In this document: one piece after another, positions 51,362 through 64,000 of the stretch
Layout of the letters: the number at the start of each line of letters is the position of its first letter
How positions within the stretch are numbered: position 1 is the first letter of the stretch
NCBI RefSeq assembly: GCF_001194135.2
Contig: NC_068998.1
Coordinates: 40,548,487-40,612,486 of the forward strand
Source: Octopus bimaculoides
Taxonomy: Eukaryota
DNA length: 64,000 nt
Reading direction: 5' to 3'
Made by a program: the position numbers and the translations under genes
Notes under the pieces: model-generated
What the model saw: only the letters and a program-made list of their open reading frames with translations
What the model was told of the DNA's origin: nothing
The model's database searches: none

Positions 51362-52250
51362 TGTCAATCTAAAGTGTATTGTGAGTTACAAAGAAAGGAA
51401 GATTATATGAGAGAGAGGGAGAAAAAAAGACGTTCAAAATGTGGAAATGAAAAGTCAAAACAAACCGCCATCAAAATAAATATGAAACTTTAGAATATTT
51501 ACTTTCGTACTTAAAAAAAAAAACATTAGTTTTTGTAACTTATTTTATTTCGTTATTTCTATTGAAAATAATATTAATAATATTATTATAGCGATATTTT
51601 GCATAAACGTTAATATATAAAGACTAATACAATGTATGCATATGTCGACCAAATATTTTATTTTTGAATTAATGATTTAATAAGTTATTGAAAATTATTA
51701 ATGCTGTAATTACCATTTACAATATATATATATAACAATCCAAAAACGAAATATATGGAAAATTTTATCCCGCAAATATCAACTTTTAAATAAGACAAAA
51801 ATAAATATAATGAACTACAACTAAACTAAATTTACATATGCACATAATAATATTTTTTGTTTAAACACATGGCAACTATTTTTAATGTTATGGTAAGGTG
51901 GGCGTCTACAGTTGACTACATAAATTCATATCTGGTCTGTTATCGATACCTTACGGATGAAAGACAAAGTCACCGGCTGGATTCGAACTCAAAACGGAGA
52001 AGATCAATACTAAATATTAATTTACTTTAATACAAGGCACAAAAGAGCACGTGTACGTATATGTGGGTACGTGTAGAGGAAACCAGTTGTGACGACGTTC
52101 CTTGTCTTCAGAAGCATTAAACGAAATGTCTTGAAGCCACCCTAACCCGATCTACAAGTCGAACCACCGTCACCACCACTAACAACAACTGTCTTTACAG
52201 TATGCATCATTAATAAAGGTTAAACATATAAACATCTTGGAAGATACAAC
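51362..52250. promoter_or_regulatory. 889-bp head-to-head interval between the FAAP24 and HTRA2 start codons; candidate bidirectional promoter
   Basis: Divergent ATGs at 51361 and 52251; CpGs retained in the flanking sequence; CACGTG motif near 52049. Confidence 0.55.
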
Positions 52251-52633
52251 ATGGCCTCGCCCATACGGACTTATATAACTGTCGGCAGACAAATCTTACG
52301 GGGAAATGGAATATTTCAATATTATAGGCTGTTGTCGAAGCCAAGAAACTTCATGAATTTGTCGACTAATTCACTGCGAGGACACGGTGAGAAGCTGAGA
52401 CATTTAAATTTACGATTATTAAGTACTTTAGCGGGCCTCGGACTATTAGGATCTGTGGGTTTAAAGTGTTATTTAAGACCAGTTCTTGCTGTTTCTAAGG
52501 ACAAGAACAATGATAATGATGAAGACAGTCAAAATATTTCTAATACAGTCAGCAATCGTGTTAAATACAATTTTATTGCTGATATAGTGGAAAAAGCTGT
52601 ACCTGCTGTCGTTTATATAGAAGTTGTGGCCAG
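52251..52633 (+). CDS. HTRA2: HTRA2 coding exon 1
   Basis: ATG 52251 ... VVA AG|gtgagt, phase 2. Confidence 0.93.
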
Positions 52634-55600
52634 GTGAGTTTCAATGAAATTTAATTAAAAGATTTAAAGTTGAAATGCCAGATTAGCTAAGTTAGATATG
52701 ATTTTTTTCAAGTTGGTAATCTATTTTAATCTATTTTGATATATGTTGTTATTATGATTTGGTATGTTGCTTACTGTTAAACTTCCACGTGCTGACTATA
52801 AATGATGCAATACCTATGGAACCGAAGTTAGATCCTCGGACTATTAGGAATTCTGTACGCTGTATATATGATCATACTTCATTCAGTCAAGCCTGGAACC
52901 ATTTTATATATTATACACCACAATGTTTTGGTTATATGAGGATGTATTATACGTAGTGGTAGTTGCTATGTTGTCCCAGCTCAACATTCACCGAGATCTA
53001 TGGCTCGGTCCACTCCAGATAAGCCATGCCTCCGTTTTGGTTGAGGAACACTGTGTTCTGACATGCAGTGGTTGATTGAATATGGTGCAGTGTTACAGTC
53101 GGAGCTTGTTGTACCCTTTTCACTGTTCAGTTTGTTTTTGTTTATTTATTATCGTGGCTGTTTAATCTCGGGTTAACTCTGATCGAGTTGATCTATGACC
53201 AAAGGCACTCTCCAGATGTGACTGACTTGTTTTTCTTTTTTCTCCCAAGCTATAATTTTTAGGATTACATCATTATCTAATGTGTTCTTTGGCAGGGTGC
53301 GACTTGAGTGAGATTTGGCTGCTATTTCTAGCAGACATTGTTGCATGGTTAAGAAATTCGTTTCGCAGCTCTGTGGTGGTTTCAGGTAGGTCCCATTGTG
53401 TGGAATTTTGGGCAAGTGTAATTCACAATAGCTGAAAAAGTTCAGCAAAGCTTTGTCAGTGGAATTTGGTTGATGGAAGCCCGGTGGAAGGGACGTCACC
53501 GTTCTTCGTTAGCCGAACTAATCGGTCACCTGTGTTAACACCACCACCTTTGCCTGTTTGAAAGGATTCGGGCTAGATCTCCAATCTTTCCTTCATCCCC
53601 ACCAATTTGGGAACTCTGGAACTGGAAAAAAAAACTTGGGCGCTGTCCTTCACCCTCCGAATGAGAGCCCCCGCTCACCACCACTGATATTAGAAAGGTA
53701 CTTAGCGATCATGTTGAGCAGTATTTCTTAACCATTTTTTTTACCTAGGGACTCATTTGATTCCTGTTTTACAATACTGGACCCTCACAGACATTCGATG
53801 TTTAAAAGAAAAACATTAAAGTATTTTGTGTATTGTAGAAGTATAACTAATGTATTGTACTTGAACTTTAACAATAAAATCTTATATGTCCCCGCAAGGG
53901 TCATATGGACGCCGGTTAAGAACTACTGATGTAGAGGTCAGATGGAGTTTTGAAATGTCTAGCCCTCGAAGCCCTATATATACTTCAGGAGAAAAGGAAA
54001 GAGAGCGATTTTTTTCCTTCGTTTTTTAATATTCTTGTATTTCATACAACGGAAATTATGATTCTCAAAGAACTTTTTTTCATACAACGGAAATTATGAT
54101 TCTCAAAGAAATTTTTTTTTTTAAATTCAGATATTGTTTCAGTCCATTTTCTTGCTTTTTACCCCCTTTCCTTTCCTATAATAGCTATTCCAAAACTCTT
54201 CAGAGGATCCTTCATTAGATTTTGCTGGTGGGGATCAAGGTGAACACAATTCAAATGTGACATCTTATACTCCTTGGAATTTTATTATTACTGAGTTTAT
54301 TTAGAAAACAACAGAGCAGCTGTCTGAATGTGTTGTATGTGAGATGATACAGTGTAGACGTGGTAGAGGGCAATGTGAAGTGCTGTTATTTCTAAGTCAT
54401 TCTATGCGCATAGACATTCCAACCGCAATCATCCCATCTTTTTGTGTATTTAAGATTACATTCTCTGTTATCTATTCTTGGGGGGGGGGTGTTTCTAAAA
54501 AAAGATATTTGGATGTTGTTTGAAAGAATTTGGCTATGATTGATCCACAACAATTTAAACAAAACATTAATAGCATCAAGCTCAGTGGTCTTTGAGAGCC
54601 TCCAAAGGTTATGGACAAAACTCCTTCCTCCAGACTCAACAACTAAAGAATAAAGTAAAAATGAGATCGAATGATTACATAAAGACTCCTCCACATTGGT
54701 TTGTATAGTAAACAAGTAGTTTGTGTTGAGACAGTTTAAGTATGTTGTGGTAACCAAGGGCATGATGTATCATTTAGATACCAACCTCCCTAAGACAACC
54801 TCCAGTTGTAAGGCACAAACTTCCTGTTTTAGAGTTATCTAAATTAAAACTTTCATTTAAAATTTCATGTTAAATTATATCCTAAGCAGCTCAAAGAATG
54901 ACTGAACTATTTTTATGAAATTCTTTTGTTATTTTCAAAATTAATTGAAACACAAGCAATGTATTTCAGCAGAAATGTGGTAAAATAGTTAAAACTTGAC
55001 AGTGTGGAGTTTAAAGTGATTGTAATTCCATATGTAAGGTATAGTGTGGGTGTGTTGTGTGTATGTAGTATTATGTGGACTGAGGTAAGGCAGCAAGGTG
55101 GCAGAATTATTAGCATATCAGTCAAAATGTTTAGCAGAGTCTCTTCCAGCTCATTACATTCAGAGTTCAAATTCTGCTGAAATCCACTTTGCCTTTCATC
55201 TTTTTTGGGGTCAATGAAATAAGCATCCATTAAGCACTGGGGTCAGTGTTATCAACTAGAGCCAATGATTCTCAACCAGGGTCCGTATGGCCCCTGAGGG
55301 TGCATATAAGACTTTTGGGGTATCCACAACAGTTTTTCAAGGGTCCCTGAAAAACGTTTCTTTTGATGTATGTATTGCAAGAAACAGCTAGGTTTTTTTT
55401 CTCTAGCATTTTACATAGTTCAAACTACACAAGTTAATGTGTGAGAAACAAAATAGGAATTTTGAAAGGAGTTTCTATAAAACTAGTTTTTAAACAGGGA
55501 ATGGCTATGCAGGTCCACCAGAATAAAATTATAATCAAAGAGGTCTGTAGATAAAAAAATGGTTGAGAACCCCTGAGACCCTGGCTACAAGAATTTCAGA

Positions 55601-58600
55601 CCTTATGTCTGTAGTAGAAAAAATTATATAGACTGAGGTATTTAGAAAAGAACATGCTCAAAGACCCAATAGAACACTCTCATAGTGGTGAATTGGCAGA
55701 GTCATTAGAGCATTGGACTGAAGGCTTCAAAGTATTTCTTCCTACTACCTGTGCTCTGAGCTCAAATCCCACCAAGGTCAACTTTGCTTTTCATATTTTT
55801 TGGAGTTGATAAAAAGAAAAGTCACAATCCAAGGTTGTGGATTGATGGAACTGTATGTTGACTGGATACTTTGTTTTTCTGAGTTCAATTCCTGCCATGG
55901 CTTGCTTGGCGAGTTGACTTAATATGTTACCTGGTTTCAACACCATTGCTTGTCACCTTGGGTACATTTAGCCAACTCTACTCTATTGCAAGCATTCAGG
56001 CCACATCTCTGGTTTGAGGCTACCTTTCTCTCTTCTTCCCTTCTACCAGCTTCAAACAATAAACTTTATAAAATGTTATAGGCAGCACCTTACCTTTTGA
56101 CTAAAAGGTTTGTAAAAGAAAAAGTGATTTATAATCATAAACTGTAATTTATTTGAGAATATGTACGCAAAATGCTTTCAAGTATTTTGTTATATTTTCC
56201 TGTGTTCTGATTTCAAACCTCACAAAATAACAACTTTTATCAGTGGAAGAGATACGATACGTAGTTGTCTCCCTTATCTTTCTGAGTTGATATCACACAC
56301 AAATGAAGTTTAATCTTTCATATCAGGATCGACAAAATAAGTGCTTCGAGTACTGGAGTCAAGAGTATCAACTCTCCCAACTCAAAATTGTTGGCCTTGT
56401 GCCTAAATAAGACACTATTATTATTATTATTATTAATATAATTTCTGTCTTTGTATTGTCCCCCTCATCCTTCGCCCTGGTGGCAAATAAAAGAANNNNN
56501 NNNNNCTATTATTATTATTATTATTATTATGGAAGGCAGCAAGCTGGCAGAATCGTTAGCACACTGGGCGAAATGCTTAGTGGGATTTTGTCTGCCACTA
56601 TGTTCTAAATTCAAGTTCAGCTGAGGTCAACTTTGCCTTTCATCCTTTCGGGGTCGATAAATTAGGTACCAGTGAAACACTGGGGTCGATGTAATCAACT
56701 AGTCCCTTTCTCCAAAATCTCAGGCTTTGTGCCTTTAATAGAAAGGATTATTATTATTATTATTAGATGTTAAGGTAGTGAGCTTGCAGAATTGTTAGCA
56801 CACTGGAGAAAATGCTTATCAGCATTTCATCCATTTTTATATTCTGGTTTAAAATTCTACCAAGTTAACTTCACCTTTTATCCTCTTGTAGCAATGAAAT
56901 AAGTATCACTTGAGCATTGAGTTTGATGTAATTGACTTACGCACCTTCCCCCAAATTGCTGGCCTTGTGCCAAAATCTGAAGCCATTATTATTATTAGAC
57001 TAGCAGAATTTGTAGAACTACAAGTAAAATGTAATTATTAGCTCCAAGATTTTACATTCTGCATATGCATATCCAACCACGCTGTGCCAAGTTTGCTTTT
57101 CATTGCTTGTTTCTTGTGCCAATGTTAAAAATCCTAAAATTATTTATAAAGGCCCTATGTTTTTCATCAGTTTAAAATTGATAAAATTAGACAAATCAAA
57201 TTCATTTGAGTGAATTTAATTTCAGTCCTTGTGTTTCTCATACAAAATAATTATTAATGAATAAATAACTTGAGCATTGGACAAAATGCTTTCCAGTATT
57301 TAGTTACAACCCCTTACATTCTGAGTTCAAATCCTGCTGAGATCAATTTTGCCTTTCATCCTCCTGAGGTCAATAAAACAAAGTACTTGTCAAGTACCGA
57401 GTGGCAGGCAATTATGGAGAAAAATAAGAGATGGTATAGAAGGAGTTGAATGGGAGAAAGCAAAAAGTGTCAAAAATAAATGAAGAGGACCATCACCACC
57501 ACCGCCACCTTAACTCTGAAGGACAATTTATAGTTGTGAAATTAAATCACAAGTCATTCAGATTAATACTGAGCTTCCACAAAATTAGTAAAAATGAAAA
57601 TGTGCCAAATGAGGAGGAAGATGTAAAGCTGATATACAAAAGAGAGGGAAACAATTTGTTGGCATTTCGTCGCTTACGATGTCAAGGGTTCCGATCAACA
57701 GAACAGCCTGCTTGTGAAATTAACGTGCAAGTGGCTGAGCACTCCACAGACATGTGTACCCTTAACGTAGTTCTCGGGGATATTCAGCGTGACACAGTGT
57801 GACAAAGCTGACCCTTTGAATTACAGGCACAACAGAAACAGGATGTAAGAGTGAGAGAAAGTTGTAGTGAAAGAATACAGCAGGGTTCGCTACCATCCCC
57901 TGCCGGAGCCTCATGGAGATTTAGGTGTTTTCACTCAATAAACACTCACAACGCCCGCTCTGGGAATCGAAACCGCGATCCTATGACTGCGAGTCTGCTG
58001 CCCTAACCACTGGGCCATTGCGCCTCCACAAGAGGGAAACAATAGATTGTTNNNNNNNNNNATTTTGGTACAGAGCTAGCAATTTTGAAGAGAGGTATGT
58101 AAGTTGATTATATCACCCCACCTATGCTCAACTGATACTTATCTTATTGACCCTGAAGGGATGAAAGGCAAAGGTGACTCTGGCAGTATTTGAACTCAAA
58201 ATGTGAACCAGAAGAAATGTTGCTAGGCTTTTTGTCCAGCATGGAAATCAGATAATATTAATGATATCAAACAGAAACACCCAGAAAACATTTTCAGTGT
58301 AACCAGCATTGTTTCTTTTTTCTTTGCAGGAGTCCTTTCTATTCTGTTTTGTCAAATGGATCTGGTTTCATAGTAAACGAAAATGGTATTATTCTTACAA
58401 ATGCTCATGTGGTAGCTAACAGAACCAATGTTGTTGTTAAATTACATGATGGGAGGAAAGTAAATGGTACAGTCTTAATAACAGACCCAGTGTCGGACCT
58501 GGCCACAATCAAGATTAATGCTGTAGGTATTTATGCATATATATATATATATATAAATGTTACTGAAGATATTTAAGTCTTTCACATTCTCTGTCAAGTG

Positions 58601-61600
58601 TAATGCTTATTTATTCACATTGCTTTGAATTAATCATGCATAATCCTGTAACTTCAAAATTTCAATGGTAAAATTGTTCATTTTTTATATAAAAGAAGAA
58701 TATTTGGGNNNNNNNNNNGATCTAAATTGTTCATTTTTTATATAAAAGAAGAATATTTGGGTTTAAACACTAAAGGGTTAAACATAAATATTGTCACACT
58801 AATTTTGTCTGAGGATGATAGGGCAGTGGTACTCTAACAAATACTACACACCCTCTTTAAAAAAAAAAGTGAAAAATTTTGTCTCACACCCCTCATTATA
58901 CATAACTTTTCAACCTTTGTGTCTATTCTTCAGTCAAGTTTCAATTTCTAAGATTTGAACTATTTCACTTAAACCCTTTTGATACCAACCTACCTGAGAC
59001 TGCCTCTGATTCAGTGATACAAACTTCTTTGTTTTAAAGTGATCTTAGCTGCATTTCGTCTGTCCTTACATTCTGAGTTCAAATTCCACCATGGTCAACT
59101 TTGCCTTTTATCCTTTCAGAGTCGATAAAATAATGTACTCGTTGTACTGATGGAATCAACTTGTCCCTTTCCTGAAATTACTGGCTTTGTGCCAAAATTT
59201 GAAACTAATTTATGTTCCAAACTCTAGCTTAATTATAACTAAGTTTTCTAAATACTTCTTAATTTTCAAAATCATTTGAAACAAAGGCAGTGCATTTCAA
59301 CAGAAATATAAGAAAAGGGTTATGATAACAAAATAAATTTTTTATGTGTTTTATCTTTTTTGATATCTTTCAGTCTAAACTGCCTGTCTTGAAACTGGGA
59401 AAGTCAGAATCTCTACGGACAGGTGAATGGGTGATAGCAATGGGAAGCCCTTTTTCTCTAGCAAACACTGTCACTTCAGGAATTGTAAGCACACCATTGA
59501 GAGGCAGTGAAGAGCTGGGACTCCATCATCAGAACATGTCCTATATACAGACAGATGCTGTCATAAATGTAAGCTTCTTGTTGCTGTCTTGTAATTTCCA
59601 CAACAATGACAGAGAAATATTTTTATTGGTTTTCTTCATTCCAGGTTTTCAGTAGGCCCAGTCATGAATTTACTGCGTTTTTAATGATGACGGTGACAAA
59701 GGATAATATATGGTAGAACAAATTTCAGAAGGGACACTGTTCAGCAAATAATGGCTCAATTGTGTCCCTCAATTCTGAAGTCAATAACGTGTAGTGAAAT
59801 ACCATTTGGTTGCTATCTCTACAGTTCAAGTATCCATGTTGTTTAGCCTCAGATCACCCTTTCTGTTATTTATGCGACCAAGTTAGTAGTGTTGGAGGTT
59901 GTTCCGAAAGTATTGAGTGTGTGTGTGTGTGTGTGTGTATATATCATCATCATCATCATCATCATCATCATCGTTTAATGTCCGCTTTCCATGCTAGCAT
60001 GGGTTGGACGATTTGACTGAGGACTGGTGAAACCGGATGGCAACACCAGGCTCCAATCTAATTTGGCAGAGTTTCTACAGCTGGATGCCCTATGCCCCTG
60101 GACTGGCTCCTGTGCGGGTGACACGTAAAATACACCATTTTGAGCGTGGCCATTGCCAGTACCGCCTGACTGGCCTTTGTGCGGGTGACACGTAAAAGCA
60201 CCCACTACACTCTCTGAGTGGTTGGTGTTAGGAAGGGCATCCAGCTGTAGAAACTCTGCCAAATCAGATTGGAGCCTGGTGTTGCCATCCGGTTTCACCA
60301 GTCCTCAGTCAAATCGTCCAACCCATGCTAGCATGGAAAGCGGATGTTAAACAATGATGATGATAATGATAATGATAATGTTGATGATGACAGTCCAGTT
60401 ATGGTCAGTCACCTTTCTATAAGTACCTAGGTATTTCGCTAGTGTGTTCTTTCTTGTTTATGAAGCTGGAATGTGATCTAAGCCTGAATGTGTTATTTCT
60501 AGTAGGTTCACCAACCACATACAGTCACCATTGCTGGTTTGTTGTTGCATTCTTTCTTTCTGTTTGTCAATCTACATATCTTCTATCTCTCTCTCTCTCT
60601 CCCTCTCTCCCTTAGATGATATAAATGTTGATTGGATGATTCCTAGTCATGTTTTACTTCATATAGACAAAGTAAAAGAAGAGATACAGAGAGAGTCAAT
60701 ATAAAAGATGCAATATGAGCATCTTATAATTTTGTGAAAAATACATAATTTTTTAACTAAAATTTTACAGTGATAGGTTCTCAGTGGAGTAGATTGCAAT
60801 TATGTTGATAAAAAATTTTTTTTAAATAATAACATATATTTAAAGAAATATACAAATGAGAAATTTATTTGACTGAAAGATAGATAATTGGTGTTAGTAT
60901 TCTGTTCTGTTTCCCATATTTTTAATTTATTTAAAAAATTTTTTATACTTTCTAGTTTGGCAATTCTGGTGGACCCTTAATCAATCTGGTGAGTTTTACT
61001 TCAATTTTTTAATTATCAGGGTTGATAAAATACGTACCAGTTGCCAGATCCAATGTGATCAACTTATNNNNNNNNNNNNNNNNNNNNNNNNNNNNNNNCA
61101 ACTTATCCCCTTCCTCAAACTTGCTGGCCTTGTGCCAAAATTTGAAATCATCATTATTACTACAACTATTAAATTCAAATTTAAATTCATTGAAGAGAAA
61201 CATATTGTTAGTTTAAAAAAAAAAAATACAACTTAACCCTTTAGTGTTCACATTATTCTGCCATAATTAATGCTTTTTTAGCCACATTGTTTTGAACTAA
61301 TCATGCATTATCTTGTAGCTATGAGATTTTGATGAGGTAGCTGTTAATTTTTTAAACCATATTGTAGGGTTGGTGTGAGAGACCAGATCTGGCCAATTTG
61401 AACATAGAATAGGCAGAATACTTTTGGCCGGATATGGCCGGTTTAAATGCTAAACGGTTAATGAAAAACAATTGAATATGAATCTTTGATGACATTAAAA
61501 AAATTGAGTTGATTCTTCTGTTGTTATTTTCAGGATGGTGAAGTTATTGGTATCAATACACTCAAAGTCACTACAGGAATCTCGTTTGCCATTCCTAGTG

Positions 61601-61651
61601 ACTATGCAAAGAAGTTTCTTTTAAAAACTGAACAGTTTCTGTCTAATAAAC
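52251..61651 (+). CDS. HTRA2: Mitochondrial serine protease HTRA2/Omi, coding exons 1-5; the gene continues beyond the window (PDZ exons not seen)
   Basis: Basic N-terminal presequence, hydrophobic segment, [34 protein letters not shown] (His), SDLATI (Asp), GNSGGPL (Ser); GT-AG introns with consistent phases; no IGFBP/Kazal exons. Confidence 0.93.
53719..53928. mobile_element. hAT (Charlie/MER5-like) MITE; a longer relative at 55263-55575
   Basis: TIR CAGTATTTCTTAACC / GGTTAAGAACTACTG; 8-bp TSD ATGTTGAG / ATGTAGAG (7 of 8 match). Confidence 0.7.
57656..58030 (-). mobile_element. SINE family 1, full length
   Basis: TSD AGAGGGAAACAAT (57643-57655 and 58031-58043). Confidence 0.87.
58330..58522 (+). 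CDS. HTRA2: HTRA2 coding exon 2 ([15 protein letters not shown]...TNAHVV...DLATIKINA)
   Basis: ttgcag|G ... GCT|gtaggt, 193 nt. Confidence 0.95.
59374..59568 (+). CDS. HTRA2: HTRA2 coding exon 3 ([11 protein letters not shown]...YIQTDAVIN)
   Basis: tttcag|TCT ... AAT|gtaagc, 195 nt. Confidence 0.96.
59945..60365. repeat. Head-to-head inverted pair of RTE-type 3' tails in HTRA2 intron 3
   Basis: Arms 59973-60091 and 60234-60352, 3 mismatches in 119 bp, flanked by (CAT)n and (ATG)n. Confidence 0.9.
60956..60988 (+). CDS. HTRA2: HTRA2 coding exon 4 ([11 protein letters not shown]; catalytic Ser)
   Basis: ttctag|TTT ... CTG|gtgagt, 33 nt. Confidence 0.96.
61237..61457. mobile_element. piggyBac-type MITE, second family; related copies near 19245-19460, 38685-38895, 40455-40670, 58575-58780
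   Basis: TTAA|CCCTTTAG ... CTAAACGG|TTAA. Confidence 0.78.
61534..61651 (+). CDS. HTRA2: HTRA2 coding exon 5 ([23 protein letters not shown]...)
   Basis: tttcag|GAT ... C|gtaagt, 118 nt. Confidence 0.95.
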
Positions 61652-61896
61652 GTAAGTTGTTATTGTTGTTGTTTATCTGCCCTGTCAATCCTGAATGATT
61701 AGAACTATGATGAAATGCTTTCCAGCTATGGCCATCCTGTCTTTTTTCTCAGACATTGTATGTCTAAAACTACATTGTATGATATACCTGATTTCTAATT
61801 TCACTGAGGACAATGTTACTGTTTATTCTTTCATGTTGGCCAGTACTGTCTGAGTGGTATTTGATAAATGGAAACTTGTGACCAAGTTTATATGTA

Positions 61897-62124
61897 TTGG
61901 GTTGTCCAGAAAGTTTGTGCCAATTTTTAAAGGAAAGAAAAAGGTCAATAAATACTTGCCATTATATTTTTAATCAACCAAATATGAACCATTTTGTTGC
62001 ACAATGCGTCTCCAACTTTCCTTTAACTTGAAAATACCCTCTTCCCAGAATTGAGGTGGTTTCATGGCAAATAAGTCGAAAGGTAAGCTACTATAAATTG
62101 GCACAAACTTTCCGGACAACCCAA
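61897..62124. mobile_element. Internally deleted mariner, 228 bp
   Basis: TIR TTGGGTTGTCC(A/G)GAAAGTTTGTGCCAATTT, TA TSD; minus strand encodes FWEEGIFKLKESWRRIVQQNGSY. Confidence 0.85.
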
Positions 62125-62162
<38 letters not shown>

Positions 62163-62229
62163 TGCTTATGTGTATTCATGTGTGTGTGCATATGCATGCA
62201 TGTATATATATATATATATATATAATAAA

Positions 62230-63075
62230 AATAATGAAGTTCTTGTTTAGTGCTCAGGTGCACTACAATTTATCAAAGGTGCATGTATAGTACATAGAAT
62301 TATGTACTAATGTCAGGAAAGGGAACAGTGTGTGAGTCATGATATACATGTGTGCATGCGTATGGAGGAGGGGATATCAGGTATAGTGTTGGCAAATTTC
62401 AGGAAGAATGGTGGTTTCAAAGGATGCAATGTCTTGGCAGCTAACAACTGATGCAGGTAGTTTGTTCCATGCTTCAGCAAAAATGTTTCTGAAAGTCATG
62501 GAAGCTGTGCTGTTTTCTGACATTGAAGGCAGATCCACATGTAGAAGACACATAGAGCTCAAAAAGGTGTTCAAGGTGGTTGTTGGCAGAATGGTTAATA
62601 ATTTTGTGGGTGTTTACCAAGTCAGTTGCCAAACATCAGAGTTTCAGTGTATCCATGCTTCAAGAAGCAAGGCATTCAGAGTATTTTCTTGGTTGCACGT
62701 CTCTAAACAGTTTCCAGGAGGTCAACGTTCTGAGCAAGATAGGAATTCCAGATTGGTGCTGCAAATTCCAAAATGTGGCCACACCATATATAGCCTTAAA
62801 TAGATAGCTGGAGAGTGACTGACAAAAGCCTTTCTGAGGGATGCCAAGGTACCCTTGGCCTTCTTGGCAATTTTAGAGATGTGCTTTGTCCAGCGCAAGT
62901 CGCTGCTAACAGTAATGCCCAGGTCACATTCACAAGGCAACCTCTTAATATTAGTGTTGTGGACGCTGGGTTTTTCCTCCCAAAATGCATGGTGGTACAC
63001 TTGTCCACAACCAGCTTGAGTTGCCAGTCCATGATCTGTTGCAGCATTGTGTCCAAGTCCGATTGCAGGAAAGAT
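62230..63075 (-). mobile_element. 5'-truncated CR1-clade LINE fragment
   Basis: LQSDLD...WQLKL..DKCTTMHFGRKNP, DLGITVSSDLRWTKHISKIAKKA, FAEAWNKLPASVV, plus a 3' tail shared with 47495-47760. Confidence 0.82.
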
Positions 63076-63675
63076 CTAATATATATATATACGGTGGTGC
63101 ACCAGCATGACCGCAGCCACTTGGCTGAAACACATAAATAAATAAATAAATAAATATATATATATATATAATCTTCTTCATACTCAACATTTAATGTCCA
63201 TTTTCCATCCTGGCTTAAATTGAAAGCTTTAATAGGATCCAGCAAACTAAATGGCTGTGCCAAACTCTTGGGTTAGCTTTGGCATGTTTTCTATAGCTGG
63301 ATGCCCTTTCTAATGCTAATCACCTTACAGTGTCTACTGAGTGATTTTTTTTTTTTTATTTGTGCCACAAGGCACAAGTGAGGTTGCTAATTAAGTTGAA
63401 AGGTATAAAAAGAACAGGAAAGGGGGAAAGTCCCTGTGAATGTGACAGGTGAAAGTATAGGGAGGAGGGAGTAGCTTTATGCCAGGTGCAGGGATACTGA
63501 AGTACAATATAGGGACAAGTATAGAGGAGATGCATGGCTACCCCACATTATATAAAAATATATTAGCTGGAAAGAAGATAAAGACGGTAGTGATTGGCAC
63601 CTGAGTAAACTTTTAAGGAAGAAGAAGATGAGCATAAAACATGATACCGTTAGTGAAAGATGAACATAAGAGAGG

Positions 63676-63717
<42 letters not shown>

Positions 63718-63943
63718 GGCGGTGAGCTGGCAGAATCGTTAGCACGCCGGGCGAAATGCTTAGCGGTATTTCGTCTGTTGTTACGTTCTAGGTTCAAATT
63801 CCGCTGAGGTTGACTTTGCCTTTCATCCTTTCGGGGTCGATTAAATAAGTACCAGTTACGCACTGGGGTCGATGTAATCGACTTAATCCCTTTGTCTGTC
63901 CTAATTTGTTCCCTCTGTGTTTAGCCCCCCGTGGGCAATAAAG

Positions 63944-63946
<3 letters not shown>
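63718..63946 (+). mobile_element. CORE-type tRNA SINE family 3, representative copy inside (TA)n. Other copies near 13290-13500, 27340-27900, 34330-34830, 37565-38040, 56530-56990, 59045-59200
   Basis: Head GGCGGTGAGCTGGCAGAATCGTTAGC; CORE-like CTTTGCCTTTCATCCTTTCGGGGTCGAT..AAGTACCAG. Confidence 0.85.
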
Positions 63947-63983
<37 letters not shown>

Positions 63984-64000
63984 GAAGGTTTGAAAATGCA

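Overview
AT-rich, microsatellite- and SINE-dense animal genomic DNA with several N gaps. The SINE/MITE repertoire suggests a coleoid cephalopod, probably octopus (inference). Three protein-coding genes were reconstructed by hand. (1) A complete 18-exon galactocerebrosidase (GALC, GH59) on the minus strand, 813-33347: all introns GT-AG, phases consistent, 2040 nt, 679 aa, both catalytic Glu intact. (2) An intronless FAAP24 CDS on the minus strand, 50690-51361. (3) The first five coding exons of HTRA2/Omi on the plus strand, 52251-61651, head-to-head with FAAP24; the PDZ exons lie beyond the window. The rest is tRNA-derived SINEs, RTE and CR1 LINE fragments, a Penelope-like endonuclease remnant, and mariner, piggyBac, hAT and Merlin-like MITEs. 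The most notable non-coding signal is a pair of oppositely oriented minimal type-I hammerhead ribozyme motifs inside an interleaved inverted-repeat structure (36361-36877), about 3 kb upstream of GALC. A cluster of three foldback elements also sits in the CpG-rich GALC intron 1. Most ORFs in the supplied track are microsatellite or SINE artefacts.
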